Positions 1-11,022 are shown, counted from the first letter of the stretch. The stretch: 64,000 bases of DNA from an uncultured delta proteobacterium (GCA_963817385.1 CAWFOM010000005.1:416001-480000); one strand, 5' to 3'. Numbers and translations: made by a program. Notes: generated from the sequence alone by a model not told the origin.

Positions 1-687
1 ATAATGAGATGGACTGGGAAGGAGTCTTCCATATCTTTAAAAGCTATTGGGGATATTGTGGAGTTCAGTGTGGTTGCATTTCAAGGAAACTCTTCAGGAC
101 CTAAAGGTCTGAGCCTGGATGTGAGCATAAACGATCTGTTTACGGATACCCTTCACTTTTTCAATGGAGGGAAGAGAAAGCTCTCCTACTATATTCCTGG
201 TATTAAAGGTACAGATGTTGTTATAAAAACAAAGGTTAGTGAGACATTTAACCCAAAAAAACTTCAAATAAATAATGATGCCCGCGACCTTGGGATTGCA
301 AGAGGTGTTATAAAATTTAATAGCGAGATTCCAAAGGGAGGCATTGGATTTTATAGATGGGAAGAATGGGGTGGGGATAAGCCTTTTAAGGTTCGCTTGA
401 CAGGAGGGAGGGCTTCTGTTCCTCTTGAAGATATTGATTTTAAAAAGATTCAGATTTTATGTTCTCATCCGGACATTGAGCAGAATCCTGTTGTTGTTAC
501 GGTATTTGTTGATGATAAACCTGTATGGCAAAAAGAAGTAAGGGATAAGATGTGGAAGAAAATTGAGCTTAATCCGGATAGCCCTATTAATGGGAAAGTT
601 GTAACTTTTCAGGTAAGCAGAACATGGAACCCAAAGAGTATAAGTATATCAGGAGATCGAAGGGATTTGGGGGTAGCGGTTAAATAA
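1..687 (+). CDS. 5'-partial hypothetical protein; C-terminal beta-rich domains typical of glycan-cluster membrane proteins
   Basis: Frame open from the window start; duplicated motif SETFNPK..D.RDLG / SRTWNPK..D.RDLG; AT-rich. Confidence 0.5.
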   Translation: MMRWTGKESSISLKAIGDIVEFSVVAFQGNSSGPKGLSLDVSINDLFTDTLHFFNGGKRKLSYYIPGIKGTDVVIKTKVSETFNPKKLQINNDARDLGIARGVIKFNSEIPKGGIGFYRWEEWGGDKPFKVRLTGGRASVPLEDIDFKKIQILCSHPDIEQNPVVVTVFVDDKPVWQKEVRDKMWKKIELNPDSPINGKVVTFQVSRTWNPKSISISGDRRDLGVAVK

Positions 688-712
688 GAAATGAGGCGAG
701 GCGATCATCTCC

Positions 713-1504
713 ATGGGTATACTTAGAGCCGTTTGGGCCTATCGCGGTTTTATTCTGGGAAGCGTCAAGCGCGAGTTCCAATCCAAATATCGGAACTCAA
801 TGATTGGGGTAGCCTGGACCGTGCTCAATCCGTTGGCGATGATCATCGTCTATACGGTTATTTTTTCCCAAATCATGCGCGCCAAATTGCCGGGCAGCGA
901 TTCCACTTTCGCTTATAGTATTTATCTTTGCGCGGGCGTTCTCACTTGGGGGTTGTTTGCTGAAATCACCGGCCGTGGGCAAAACGTCTTTCTCGAATAC
1001 GCCAATCTCATTAAAAAGCTAAGTTTCCCCCGCATCTGCTTGCCGGTCATTGTTGTCCTCAACGCCGGATTGAACTTTGTGATCAGCTTTGGCCTATTCA
1101 CCGGCTTTCTCATCTTGAGCGGTAATTTCCCCGGGTGGGTGTTTCTATCTCTTGTTCCCGTTTTGGTCGTGCAGATCATCTTTTCCATCGGTATCGGGAT
1201 TATCCTTGGCGTACTTAACGTTTTCTTTCGCGATGTAGGCCAGTTCTTCGGCATTGTCCTGCAATTCTGGTTCTGGTTGACACCCATTGTCTACCCCATC
1301 GCGATTCTGCCGGAAGCGGGCCGTGCGTTCATGGTCTTGAATCCCATGGCTTCCCTCGTTGTTGCTTATCAGGCTATCCTGGTGAACGGTCAATGGCCGC
1401 AGTGGGGGACGCTCCTCCCTGTTATTATTATCGGACCGGCGCTCTGTCTTCTGGGTATGCAGCTTTTCCGTAAACGTGCCGGTGAAATGGTGGATGAGCT
1501 TTGA
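713..1504 (+). CDS. wzm: Polysaccharide ABC exporter permease
   Basis: KYRNS.IG..W..LNPL and FRDV..F..I.LQFWFWLTPIVYP motifs; multiple TM segments. Confidence 0.93.
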   Translation: MGILRAVWAYRGFILGSVKREFQSKYRNSMIGVAWTVLNPLAMIIVYTVIFSQIMRAKLPGSDSTFAYSIYLCAGVLTWGLFAEITGRGQNVFLEYANLIKKLSFPRICLPVIVVLNAGLNFVISFGLFTGFLILSGNFPGWVFLSLVPVLVVQIIFSIGIGIILGVLNVFFRDVGQFFGIVLQFWFWLTPIVYPIAILPEAGRAFMVLNPMASLVVAYQAILVNGQWPQWGTLLPVIIIGPALCLLGMQLFRKRAGEMVDEL

Positions 1505-2727
1505 TAGGCAGCATTCACGTCACCAACCTGGGCAAAGCCTATAAACAGTATCCTACCCGCTGGTCCCGCCTGGCCGAATGGGTGATGCCCTTTCGAGGTA
1601 CGCGGTATCAGCTTAAGTGGGCATTGCAGGACATCAATTTCAGCGTTGATCCGGGTGAAGCGGTGGGCATCATCGGTATTAACGGTGCGGGTAAAAGCAC
1701 CCTTCTTAAACTCATCACGGGGACAGTTCAGCCGACCACAGGAAAGATAACGACCAGCGGACGAATCGCCGCCATGCTGGAGCTTGGCATTGGTTTTCAT
1801 CCTGACTTCACCGGGCGTCAAAACGTAACGATGGCCGGGCAACTGCTTGGATTGAACGTAAATGAAATCGCTGCTCTCATGCCCGACATCGAAGCCTTTG
1901 CTGAAATAGGCGAGTACATCGATCAACCGGTACGTATTTACTCCAGCGGAATGCAAATGCGTCTTGCCTTTAGCGTAGCTACGGCAAGACGGCCGGACCT
2001 GTTGATCGTAGATGAGGTTCTGTCTGTCGGCGATGCCTATTTTCAGCATAAAAGCTTTGACCGCATTCGAGAGTTTCGGAAACAAGGGACTACCCTGCTC
2101 ATCGTCTCTCACGACAAGGGCGCCATCCAATCCATCTGCGACCGTGCCATTTTGCTCAACGCCGGCAAGCTTGCCATACAAGGCGTGCCCGAGGCCGTAA
2201 TGGACTACTACAACGCCATGTTGGCAGACCATCAGAACCAGTATGTAAAGCAGGTTGTGCAAGAGAATGGTAAGATAAAAACGGTGTCTGGCACGGGAGA
2301 GGCTACCGTCTCTTCGATCTCACTGGTCGATGAAAATGGCACCTCCATCGGAGTAGTGGATGTTGGCCAGCATGTCCGGCTATGCATAGAGGTTGAGGCG
2401 CGCACTGACATCGACCGCCTGGTCTTTGGATATAGCATCAAAGACAGGCTCGGTCAGGTTATTTACGGCACGAATACGGATCATAAACAACAACCCCTTT
2501 TGAATGTGGTTGCAGGTTCCCGTCATATTTTTGATATCGCATTCCAAGCCAACCTCGGCCCCGGCTCATACTCAATACAAACCGCTTTGCACAGCACCGA
2601 TACACATTTGGCCAACAACTATGAGTGGCGTGACTTAGCCCTTGTCTTTACCGTGGTTAACATACGCAAGGATCACTTCGTCGGTTGTGCATGGCTTGAT
2701 CCCAAAATAGGAATTTTGCGACAATGA
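1501..2727 (+). CDS. wzt: Polysaccharide ABC exporter ATPase with C-terminal carbohydrate-binding domain
   Basis: Walker A GINGAGKST, YSSGM signature, DEVLSVGD; C-terminal extension of the Wzt_C type. Confidence 0.93.
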   Translation: MIGSIHVTNLGKAYKQYPTRWSRLAEWVMPFRGTRYQLKWALQDINFSVDPGEAVGIIGINGAGKSTLLKLITGTVQPTTGKITTSGRIAAMLELGIGFHPDFTGRQNVTMAGQLLGLNVNEIAALMPDIEAFAEIGEYIDQPVRIYSSGMQMRLAFSVATARRPDLLIVDEVLSVGDAYFQHKSFDRIREFRKQGTTLLIVSHDKGAIQSICDRAILLNAGKLAIQGVPEAVMDYYNAMLADHQNQYVKQVVQENGKIKTVSGTGEATVSSISLVDENGTSIGVVDVGQHVRLCIEVEARTDIDRLVFGYSIKDRLGQVIYGTNTDHKQQPLLNVVAGSRHIFDIAFQANLGPGSYSIQTALHSTDTHLANNYEWRDLALVFTVVNIRKDHFVGCAWLDPKIGILRQ

Positions 2728-3122
2728 GGTTTATCTTTTATGCCCAAAACTTCGAAAGATGCTTTGGCGGGTATCAAGGCATATCGAACAGCAGGGAAGT
2801 TACGAATTATACGGGGTCAGGTGAGATGATTGCGTTGAAGAATTCAATCAAGCGATTTGTTAAAGCGGGGCTCCTGGTGGGGTTGAATTTTGTTAAGGAC
2901 CGTCCGCAATTTCTTTTATACGTTACTGTAGTGGTTCGTAAACTTGGGTTAGACGGTGTTGCAAGTTCAATTTATTCACGTTTAACGATTGGTGCGAACA
3001 GCCGCGCAATGGGTTTTAATCACTTTTTCCCGAAGGATGCGCGTCATCTCTCCCCGAGTGCTCGTCAGATCTACGCAGATCTGAAAGCCGCCATCGAACA
3101 CCGCCGGAAAGAGAACCGCTGA
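2724..3122 (+). pseudogene. Internally deleted remnant of an FkbM-type methyltransferase
   Basis: MRFIFYAQNFE followed in a shifted frame by MLWRVSRHIEQ (family pattern YAQNFEDVMLWRAL.H); C-terminal LSPSARQIYADLKAAI; catalytic core absent. Confidence 0.65.
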
Positions 3123-6100
3123 TGCGTATCGTGCTGGACCTACAAGGCGCGCAAACCGAAAGCCGGTTTCGCGGCATTGGCCGCTATACCCTGTCGCTAG
3201 CCAAGGCCATCGTGCGCAACCGGGGCGAGCACGAAATTATCCTCGCCCTGAGCGGCCTGTTTCCAGACACCATCGAACCCATCCGCGCCGCCTTTGATGG
3301 TCTGCAGCCCCAAGAAAACATCCGGATCTGGCATGCACTCGGTCCGGTGCGAGAGCGTGAGCCCGGCAACGAATGGCGTCGCGAAGTCGCCGAGTGCATC
3401 CGCGAGGCTTTCCTCGCCAGCCTGCGGCCTGATGTGGTGCAAGTGTCGGCCCTCTTCGAAGGCTATATCGATGACGCGGTCACCAGCATTGGTGTGTTCG
3501 CCCCCCAGGTCCCGACGGTAGTGACCCTCTACGACCTGATTCCACTGTTGAACCCCGATACTTATCTAAAGCCCGATCCAGTGTATGCACAGTATTACCA
3601 ACGCAAAATCGAGCACCTGAAACGAGCAAACCAATGGCTGGCTATTTCGGAATCGGCTGCAAGCGAAGGGCACAATACGTTGGCGCTCCCGGCTGATGCG
3701 GTAGTTAATATTTCCACCGCGTGCGATGCTGTATTTCGACGCCTGGAAATTACGGAAGCAGAGAAGCAACAATTCTTAGAGCGATTTGGAATCACCCAGC
3801 CGTTTATCCTGTATTCGGGTGGCGCCGACGCTCGAAAAAATCTGCAAGGGTTGATCCGGGCCTACTCGCTACTTCCCAAGCCTTTGCGCGATGCGCACCG
3901 ACTGGTGCTGGCAGGTAAAATGCCCGAGAGCGAAGTGTTCAAGTTACGGAAAACCGCAAGATCGGTTGGTATTCCCAAAGGCTGTCTGCTATTCACTGGT
4001 TACATTACCGACGAAGAGCTGGCCCGTTTCTACAACCTGTGTGCGGTCTTCGTGTTTCCTTCTTACCACGAAGGCTTTGGTCTACCAGCGCTTGAGGCCA
4101 TGTCCTGCGGGGCGCCAACAATTGGCTCCAATGTTACCAGCATCCCCGAGGTGATCGGGCGGGCCGATGCGTTGTTTGATCCACGCGATCACAACGATAT
4201 TGCCGCAAAGATTGTCAGCGTGCTTACAAACCAAGATTTACGCAAATCGTTGTGCGAGCACGCCCTTGTTCATGCTACAAAGTATTCGTGGGATAGCTGT
4301 GCAAAACGTGCCATCGCCGCTTTTGAGCGGCTTCATGAAAATAGGCCAGCCCCCAAACCATCCAGTTGGGTTGCGATTGCCGCTGAGCAAGAGAATGCTT
4401 ATCGGGAATTAATCAATGCGATAGCCGACGTACCCCAACCGCCCGGTGCACTGTCTGATACTGAGTTGATGGCGACTGCTAACTGCATTGCCGGCAACCA
4501 GCAGCTAACTGACCGCATGGCTCGTACCCGCGAACTACCTGAAAGCATCACCTGGCGCCTTGAAGGCCCCTTTGACAGCAGTTATAGCCTGGCGCTGCTT
4601 AACCGAGAGACAGCCCGAGCCCTCGATGCGCTGGGCCATCGTGTCCTCCTGCACTCGACCGAAGGACCTGGTGATTTCCTGCCCAATCCTGATTTCTTGT
4701 ATGCCAATCCGGATATTGCCAGATTACTTGCCCGATCTCAGGAGATTTCCTCCGTTGCTGCCGATGTCACCAGTCGCAATCTTTACCCGCCGCGGGTGGG
4801 CGACATGGATTGCCGAATAAACCTTATTCATCACTACGCGTGGGAAGAATCCGGCTTCCCACAGGAGTGGCTTGAAAGCTTTAACGAGCATCTTCAGGGA
4901 ATAACATGTCTCTCTCGACACGTAGAAAAAATCATGGTCGACCATGGAGTTACCATCCCAATGTCGGTCTCAGGTTGTGGTGTAGACCACTGGGAGCGCA
5001 TCGAACCCGAAAATTGTTATCAGCTTAGAGGAAAGTCTTTTCGCTTCCTCCATGTTTCCTCCTGCTTCCCGCGTAAAGGTGCAGATATCCTTTTGAAAGC
5101 ATACGGCGAAGTGTTTACTGCTTCTGACGATGTCACGCTGATTATTAAAACCTTTCCAAACCCTCACAACGAGATTCACCAATGGCTGGCAGAGGCTTGT
5201 GCGGAACGGGCTGATTTTCCCGATGTGCGGATTATTGAGGATGATCTGACTGACGCTCAGCTTAAATCACTCTATGAACAATGCCATGTTCTAGTAGCAC
5301 CCAGCAGGGCGGAGGGCTTCGGGCTGCCAATGGCCGAGGCCATGCTTTCTGGGCTAGCCGTTATCACTACGGGCTGGAGCGGTCAGTTGGATTTCTGTAA
5401 TGAGGAGACTGCATGGCTTGTCGACTACTCATTCGAACCGGCACAGACACATTTTGGGCTTTTTGATTCCGTTTGGGCGGAGCCCGATGTTGAGCACTTG
5501 GCGAGGACGATACGCGAGGTGTACAACTTACCGCCGGCATCGCGCAATGAACGAGCGGCAAGAGGGAAACAACTGCTGCTGGAGAAGTTTTGTTGGTCTA
5601 ACGTTGCCACGCGGCTCGTTAGCTCTGCTCGCTCATGGGCAAAAATGCCAAAATTGCTGCCGCCGCGCATCGGCTGGGTGACCACCTGGAACACCCGCTG
5701 CGGTATTGCGACTTATTCGGCCCATCTCGTGGAGAATATGTCGGCTGATGTAAAGATTCTGGCGGCGAGAACCAGGCAACTTATACAACTAGATGGGCCG
5801 GAAGTCGTTCGCTGCTGGGAAGCAGGTGAGGATGACACACTAGACGAACTGGCCAGCAGTATCGATGATCATCGGATAGATACATTGGTCGTGCAATTCA
5901 ACTACGGTTTCTTTAACCTAGAGCGGTTCAGTCATTTCCTCACAAGGCAGATTAATGCCGGTAGGACAGTGGTCTTGATGATGCATTCCACCACGGATCC
6001 TGCGCATGTACCTCACAAAAAGCTGGAAAAGCTAAAGGGGGTGTTGGGGATCTGCCACCGCATACTCGTTCACAGCCCAGGCGATCTGAACCGGCTGAAG

Positions 6101-6811
6101 GCCCTGGGGCTGATCAACAATGTCGCGATATTTCCCCATGGCATGCGCGATTACACTCCCCCTTCAAGTGCCAATCCCAAAACTACCATCGCATCGAAGG
6201 ACAACTGCTTTACCATAGCCTCCTACGGTTTTTTCCTGCCTCATAAAGGGCTTTTGGAACTCATTGAGGCCGTGGCCTTGTTGAACCAAAATGGACAAAA
6301 GGTGCGGCTGTATATGGTAAACGCCGAGTATCCGGTGCCGGAGTCCGCCGCGCTAATCCAGAAAGCCAAGGAGAAAATCTCGGTGCTGGGTCTAAGCGAC
6401 CAGGTACAGATGATAACGGATTTTCTCCCTGATGATGAAAGTCTTTCCTTGTTGGCTGATGCCGATTTGATTGTGTTCCCTTACCAAGATACTGGCGAAT
6501 CCTCAAGTGCCGCGGTTCACTACGGGCTGGCGACAGGGAGGCCAATAGCGGTCACACCGCTGTCGATATTTGATGATGTTGCCTCTGCGGCACACACCCT
6601 CCCAGGACATACCCCGAGTCAAATTGCGCAAGGGATCAGTCAGCTTCTCCATGAGATTGCTAGCGGGACGGAGAAGGTTAGGAAGAAGGAAGCAGAGGCA
6701 GCGCGATGGCGCGAGGCTCACCGTTACGTCCACCTGGGTCATAGGCTCTATGGGATGCTTCAGGCGCTTGCACAGCAGAATTGCCCATCGGCCAGTCAAA
6801 CATCGCGGTAA
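3122..6811 (+). CDS. Multidomain GT4 glycosyltransferase, WbdA-like polymerase (1229 aa)
   Basis: MRIVLDLQGAQTESRFRGIGRY start; EGFGLP.LEAM and EGFGLPMAEAM motifs plus a third GT-B domain (ESSSAA). Confidence 0.88.
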   Translation: MRIVLDLQGAQTESRFRGIGRYTLSLAKAIVRNRGEHEIILALSGLFPDTIEPIRAAFDGLQPQENIRIWHALGPVREREPGNEWRREVAECIREAFLASLRPDVVQVSALFEGYIDDAVTSIGVFAPQVPTVVTLYDLIPLLNPDTYLKPDPVYAQYYQRKIEHLKRANQWLAISESAASEGHNTLALPADAVVNISTACDAVFRRLEITEAEKQQFLERFGITQPFILYSGGADARKNLQGLIRAYSLLPKPLRDAHRLVLAGKMPESEVFKLRKTARSVGIPKGCLLFTGYITDEELARFYNLCAVFVFPSYHEGFGLPALEAMSCGAPTIGSNVTSIPEVIGRADALFDPRDHNDIAAKIVSVLTNQDLRKSLCEHALVHATKYSWDSCAKRAIAAFERLHENRPAPKPSSWVAIAAEQENAYRELINAIADVPQPPGALSDTELMATANCIAGNQQLTDRMARTRELPESITWRLEGPFDSSYSLALLNRETARALDALGHRVLLHSTEGPGDFLPNPDFLYANPDIARLLARSQEISSVAADVTSRNLYPPRVGDMDCRINLIHHYAWEESGFPQEWLESFNEHLQGITCLSRHVEKIMVDHGVTIPMSVSGCGVDHWERIEPENCYQLRGKSFRFLHVSSCFPRKGADILLKAYGEVFTASDDVTLIIKTFPNPHNEIHQWLAEACAERADFPDVRIIEDDLTDAQLKSLYEQCHVLVAPSRAEGFGLPMAEAMLSGLAVITTGWSGQLDFCNEETAWLVDYSFEPAQTHFGLFDSVWAEPDVEHLARTIREVYNLPPASRNERAARGKQLLLEKFCWSNVATRLVSSARSWAKMPKLLPPRIGWVTTWNTRCGIATYSAHLVENMSADVKILAARTRQLIQLDGPEVVRCWEAGEDDTLDELASSIDDHRIDTLVVQFNYGFFNLERFSHFLTRQINAGRTVVLMMHSTTDPAHVPHKKLEKLKGVLGICHRILVHSPGDLNRLKALGLINNVAIFPHGMRDYTPPSSANPKTTIASKDNCFTIASYGFFLPHKGLLELIEAVALLNQNGQKVRLYMVNAEYPVPESAALIQKAKEKISVLGLSDQVQMITDFLPDDESLSLLADADLIVFPYQDTGESSSAAVHYGLATGRPIAVTPLSIFDDVASAAHTLPGHTPSQIAQGISQLLHEIASGTEKVRKKEAEAARWREAHRYVHLGHRLYGMLQALAQQNCPSASQTSR

Positions 6812-6834
6812 CAAGCGCCAACTATTCGGGATCG

Positions 6835-7869
6835 ATGGAGATTATTTTTAGCCAGAGTTTACGGGGTTTTCTGTGGTCATCCGCACGGAGTGTTTGGCAG
6901 GTGCTACCTTACCCTGTACGACGCAGCAGGTTGATACGTGGTCTTAAAGCAAGGATTTTAAGCAACCATAATGTGCAACTGGTAGGGGCACCCGTATCAA
7001 GTGGGAGTAATTTCAGGTATGTGTCCTCGTTGAGCGAACTGGATGAGATTTTACAGGAACTTGATGCTGCAGCTGCCATTTCAGACGACGAGTTGCGTCG
7101 AGTCTTCACTACGTTTGCGATGAAGTTTCCGCTTGATCTGCCAAAGGATCCCTATTCGAAGGACTACGCCGACCGGCAGTTTGAACTGTACAAATACCTA
7201 CATGGCGAATCATATGATACAAGCAATGAAGTATCGGTATTTGATGTGCAGGCAGCGGCTGATAGGCCTTTCCCTTTTTATACAGAAAGCTCCCAGACCG
7301 TCGGCAATCACTTGATTGCCATAGGGTATCTAATTCGCACGCTTAACCTTCCGCCAAAATCCAGTATCCTGGAATTCGGCTCTGGTTGGGGGAATACTAC
7401 GGTTTGGCTCGCACGGATGGGTTACAAAGTAACTGCTGTAGACATTGAAAAGCGGTTCGTGGAACTGGTTACCGAGCGAGGCAGGCGGAAGCAGTTGAAC
7501 ATCGAGGTCATTCAGGGGGACTTCCAACTGGTCCACCATGTTCAGCGCAAGTGGGATGCTGTGCTGTTTTTCGAATGTTTTCATCATTGCGCTGATCATC
7601 GGTCGTTAATCGAGGGCCTGGATAAGGTGATTTTACCAGGCGGGAAAATCATATTCGCAGCCGAACCGATTACGGATGATTTTCCGATTCCTTGGGGATT
7701 CCGCCTTGATGGCGAATCCCTGTGGGCAATAAGACGACTCGGTTGGTGTGAGCTTGGATTTCAGGAATCCTATTTTAGGGACCTGATGGCCGGAAATGGT
7801 TGGAGGCTCAGCAAACATGTCTGCCCGGAGACTCCGTGGGGTGTCGTTTTTGTTGCCACGCGTCCATAA
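6835..7869 (+). CDS. Class I SAM-dependent methyltransferase
   Basis: ILEFGSGWG motif I, VTAVDI, WDAVLFFECFHH; start codon uncertain. Confidence 0.85.
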   Translation: MEIIFSQSLRGFLWSSARSVWQVLPYPVRRSRLIRGLKARILSNHNVQLVGAPVSSGSNFRYVSSLSELDEILQELDAAAAISDDELRRVFTTFAMKFPLDLPKDPYSKDYADRQFELYKYLHGESYDTSNEVSVFDVQAAADRPFPFYTESSQTVGNHLIAIGYLIRTLNLPPKSSILEFGSGWGNTTVWLARMGYKVTAVDIEKRFVELVTERGRRKQLNIEVIQGDFQLVHHVQRKWDAVLFFECFHHCADHRSLIEGLDKVILPGGKIIFAAEPITDDFPIPWGFRLDGESLWAIRRLGWCELGFQESYFRDLMAGNGWRLSKHVCPETPWGVVFVATRP

Positions 7870-7894
7870 TGAGATGGGTTGAAAAAGAGGACAC

Positions 7895-8030
7895 CAACAG
7901 ATCCACCATTGCCGTAATGCAACCAGGCAAGAGCTTATACAGGACATTAGCCGAGTACGTCGAGATTTTCTATAACCGGCAAAGGGAAACAGGTCAGGCT
8001 CCGGTTCCTCGCAATTTTTCGCAGAAAATT
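7895..8030 (+). mobile_element. Degenerate fragment of an IS3-family transposase C-terminus
   Basis: Across frames reads IHHCRNATRQELIQDI / EYVEIFYNRQR, matching the IS3 OrfB tail pattern. Confidence 0.7.
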
Positions 8031-8087
8031 AGTGTTAACCGTGATAATCGCCAACTGAGTTGTGCAAAGGTTTCGAACAAACTTCTA

Positions 8088-9197
8088 ATGACTATCAGCA
8101 ATATCTTCAAAATTATCTTTAATTATTTTCTTCTTTATTATCTTGCGAAGCCACGATCCAAACAAAATGGCTATAATATTTTTGGATATTTTTCGAAGAT
8201 GAATGGCCAGGGTGAAGTTGCCCGTGCATTTGTTAATAATTTAATTGAAGCTGACGAAAAATTTGTTCTTCTGGACTTTTATGATAATCTGCATAAACGG
8301 ATTCCGCGCCGGGAAGAGAATAAGTACCGGAAGTACTATTTGAAAAAGTTTAAATATAGGGTCAATATTTTCTTTGTTGCCCTGGATCTTTTACAAATAG
8401 TCAAAAATAGAATATCATTTATATTTAAACATAAGTACAATATCGTCGCTTTCTGGTGGGAGTTCGAAAGTGGGTTCGAAGAACGGATCCCGATTTTGAA
8501 CGAATTTGATGAAGTTTATGTTTTCAGTGATTTTACCAAGAACATCTTGAATTCGATTGAAAACAGAAACTTTAAAGTAACAAAAATAAAATATCCATTT
8601 ATCAAAAACTGGATCATTGAGGAGGAGCCTGTAGCCATAAAAAAGAGATACAATCTTGAAGGGAAGTTTTGTTTTTTCTTTAATTATGATTATTTAAGCG
8701 GTTACAACAGGAAAAATCCGGAGGCGATTTTATCGGCACTGGCACAAGAATTTCCAGATGAAAAACAGGTGGTCTTGGTTGTAAAAACGAACAACAGCCA
8801 TAGATTTGAAGAAAAGAAAATGAGGTTTCTCAGCAAGGTTAAAAGCCTCGGATTGACAGAAAGGGTGATCATTATCGAGGACCCACAATCAAGAAGTGGG
8901 TTCATGACCCTTCTCAATGCAATGGACTGTTACATTTCACTGCATCGCGGCGAGGGGTTAGGTCTTGGAATTCTGGAGGCGCTCTCTCTTAATAAACCGG
9001 TTATTGCAACAAATTATGGCGGGAACACTGAATACATGAATAATCCGCTTGCCTTTGGGGTGCCATATTCTCTCATAGCAGCCAACGATGATTACAGCCC
9101 TTATATGAATGTAAAGCAGTGGGCCGAACCAGAGCTTAAAGCCGCAAAAAAATACATGCGCGAAGTCCTAAATACTCAATGGAGTCATGAAAAGTAA
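8088..9197 (+). CDS. GT4 glycosyltransferase (AT-rich)
   Basis: RKNP motif; DCYISLHRGEGLGL.ILEA. Confidence 0.85.
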   Translation: MTISNIFKIIFNYFLLYYLAKPRSKQNGYNIFGYFSKMNGQGEVARAFVNNLIEADEKFVLLDFYDNLHKRIPRREENKYRKYYLKKFKYRVNIFFVALDLLQIVKNRISFIFKHKYNIVAFWWEFESGFEERIPILNEFDEVYVFSDFTKNILNSIENRNFKVTKIKYPFIKNWIIEEEPVAIKKRYNLEGKFCFFFNYDYLSGYNRKNPEAILSALAQEFPDEKQVVLVVKTNNSHRFEEKKMRFLSKVKSLGLTERVIIIEDPQSRSGFMTLLNAMDCYISLHRGEGLGLGILEALSLNKPVIATNYGGNTEYMNNPLAFGVPYSLIAANDDYSPYMNVKQWAEPELKAAKKYMREVLNTQWSHEK

Positions 9198-9271
9198 AAA
9201 TATCTTTATTCTGTATCGAATACCGAGGTGTGTTCAGATTTTGTAGTGGTTTTGCGGCTGACAGATAGAAC

Positions 9272-10230
9272 ATGAACAACGCTATCGACATTCTCCTCGC
9301 CACCTGCAACGGCGCTCCCTATCTGCCTGAGCAGTTGGATTCCCTCCTGGCCCAGACCTACCGCTGGTTGGCGGCTGCTGATACGTGACGACGGCTCTTC
9401 GGACGGGACCCGGGAGATTCTGGAGAACTATCGTTCCCGGCATCCCGACGTAATCATGATCATCCCGAGCGAAGGGCAAAACCTCGGCGCTTGTGGCAAT
9501 TTCAGTCGGCTTCTGGAGCAGGCTGATGCCCCCTATGTCATGTTCTGCGATCAGGACGACGTCTGGCTGCCTGACAAGATCGAGATTACCCTCGCGGCGA
9601 TGCGGGAACTGGAGCGGCAACACGGGGCAGAGACTCCACTGCTTGTGCATACCGACCTGATGGTGGTGGACGAGCGCCTGAATCGGTTGGGCAAATCCCT
9701 CTGGCTTTTTCAGTGTACCGAACCGCAACGCCTGACGAAGCTCAACCGACTGCTGATGCAGAACTTCGCCACCGGCTGCACGGTGATGATCAACCGGGCG
9801 CTGCGGGACCTGGCTGTGCCGGTACCGGCAGAGGCGCTGATGTACGACTGGTGGCTGGCGCTGGTAGCTACTGCCTTTGGCCGGGTGGCCGCCGTGGAAG
9901 ACCCGACGGTGCTCTACCGGCAGCACGGGCGAAACGACACTGGTGCCACGCGGTGGAGCTTTCTTGCTAGCATACGAATATTTTTTGTTCGCGAACGGCG
10001 CCAGGCGGCCATTGCCCTGCTTGATGCAGCGCTGGCGAGCCAGGAGGGTCAGGCTGACCGCCTTTGTTGACCGGTATGAAGAGCGCCTCCCTCCGGCGGA
10101 ACGGGAGATGCTCCGCGCATTCTGTTCGCTCCGCCGCCGAAACTTCATCATGCGCCGCTACCTGACGCTGCGGTACGGGTTCTTCTATTCGAACGCCCCG
10201 AGGAATCTGGGGCTGCTGCTGTTGCAGTGA
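9272..10230 (+). CDS. GT2 glycosyltransferase, rhamnosyltransferase-like; two frameshifts (~9365, ~10060)
   Basis: MNNAIDILLATCNG start, DDGSSD, FCDQDDVW, ATGCT, YRQH, recovered by joining frames. Confidence 0.8.
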
Positions 10231-10281
10231 AAGAGACAGGGAAAGAGGCCTTCACGGTTTGAACGAATCGGCCATCGACTA

Positions 10282-11022
10282 TTGACTCCCCACCGCATCT
10301 CCGTCTGCATGGCAACCCGCAACGGCGAGCGCTTCATCCGGCGCCAGATGGAGACGATCCTTGCCCAACTGGCGCCGGACGATGAGGTGGTGATCTCTGA
10401 CGATTCCTCTACCGACAGGACGCTGGAGATCATCCGGTCCTTAGCCGAGTCTCGCATTCGCCTGTTTGCCGGCAATACCTTTTTCAGCCCGACCTTCAAC
10501 TTTGAAAACGCCTTGCGCCAGGCGCGGGGAGATATTATCGTGCTTGCCGATCAAGATGACATCTGGCTCGACAACAAGGTGACGGTGATCCGGGAGAGAT
10601 TTGCCCAAGCGCCGACCGGACCATACCTTATGGCCCTCGACGGCTATGTGGTGGACGATGTCGAACAGGTTACGGAAGATTCCATCTTTGCCCGGCTTCA
10701 CGTGGGGACCGGTTTCTGGAGGAATGTGTTTAACAACCGGTATCTCGGCTGCTGTCTTGCCTTTTCGCGGGATCTTCTGACTGTGGCGCTCCCGTTTCCC
10801 CACCGGATCCCGATGCATGACATGTGGCTCGGGCAGTTGTGCGCCCTTGTAGGGACCGTCGAGTTTGTTCCGGTGAAGACCATCAGGTATCGAAGGCACG
10901 AGGCCAGCCGGACAGAATTCCTCCGCATCCGTTTCCAACCGTGGCTCCAGATCAGACGCCGTTTCTTCCTCGTTGCCCATCTCTTGGGGCGGTCACTTTG
11001 GTACCGGTGGGTAAGATGGTGA
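10282..11022 (+). CDS. GT2 glycosyltransferase
   Basis: ISVCMAT.NG, SDDSSTD, DQDDIW, MHDMW motifs. Confidence 0.88.
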   Translation: MTPHRISVCMATRNGERFIRRQMETILAQLAPDDEVVISDDSSTDRTLEIIRSLAESRIRLFAGNTFFSPTFNFENALRQARGDIIVLADQDDIWLDNKVTVIRERFAQAPTGPYLMALDGYVVDDVEQVTEDSIFARLHVGTGFWRNVFNNRYLGCCLAFSRDLLTVALPFPHRIPMHDMWLGQLCALVGTVEFVPVKTIRYRRHEASRTEFLRIRFQPWLQIRRRFFLVAHLLGRSLWYRWVRW

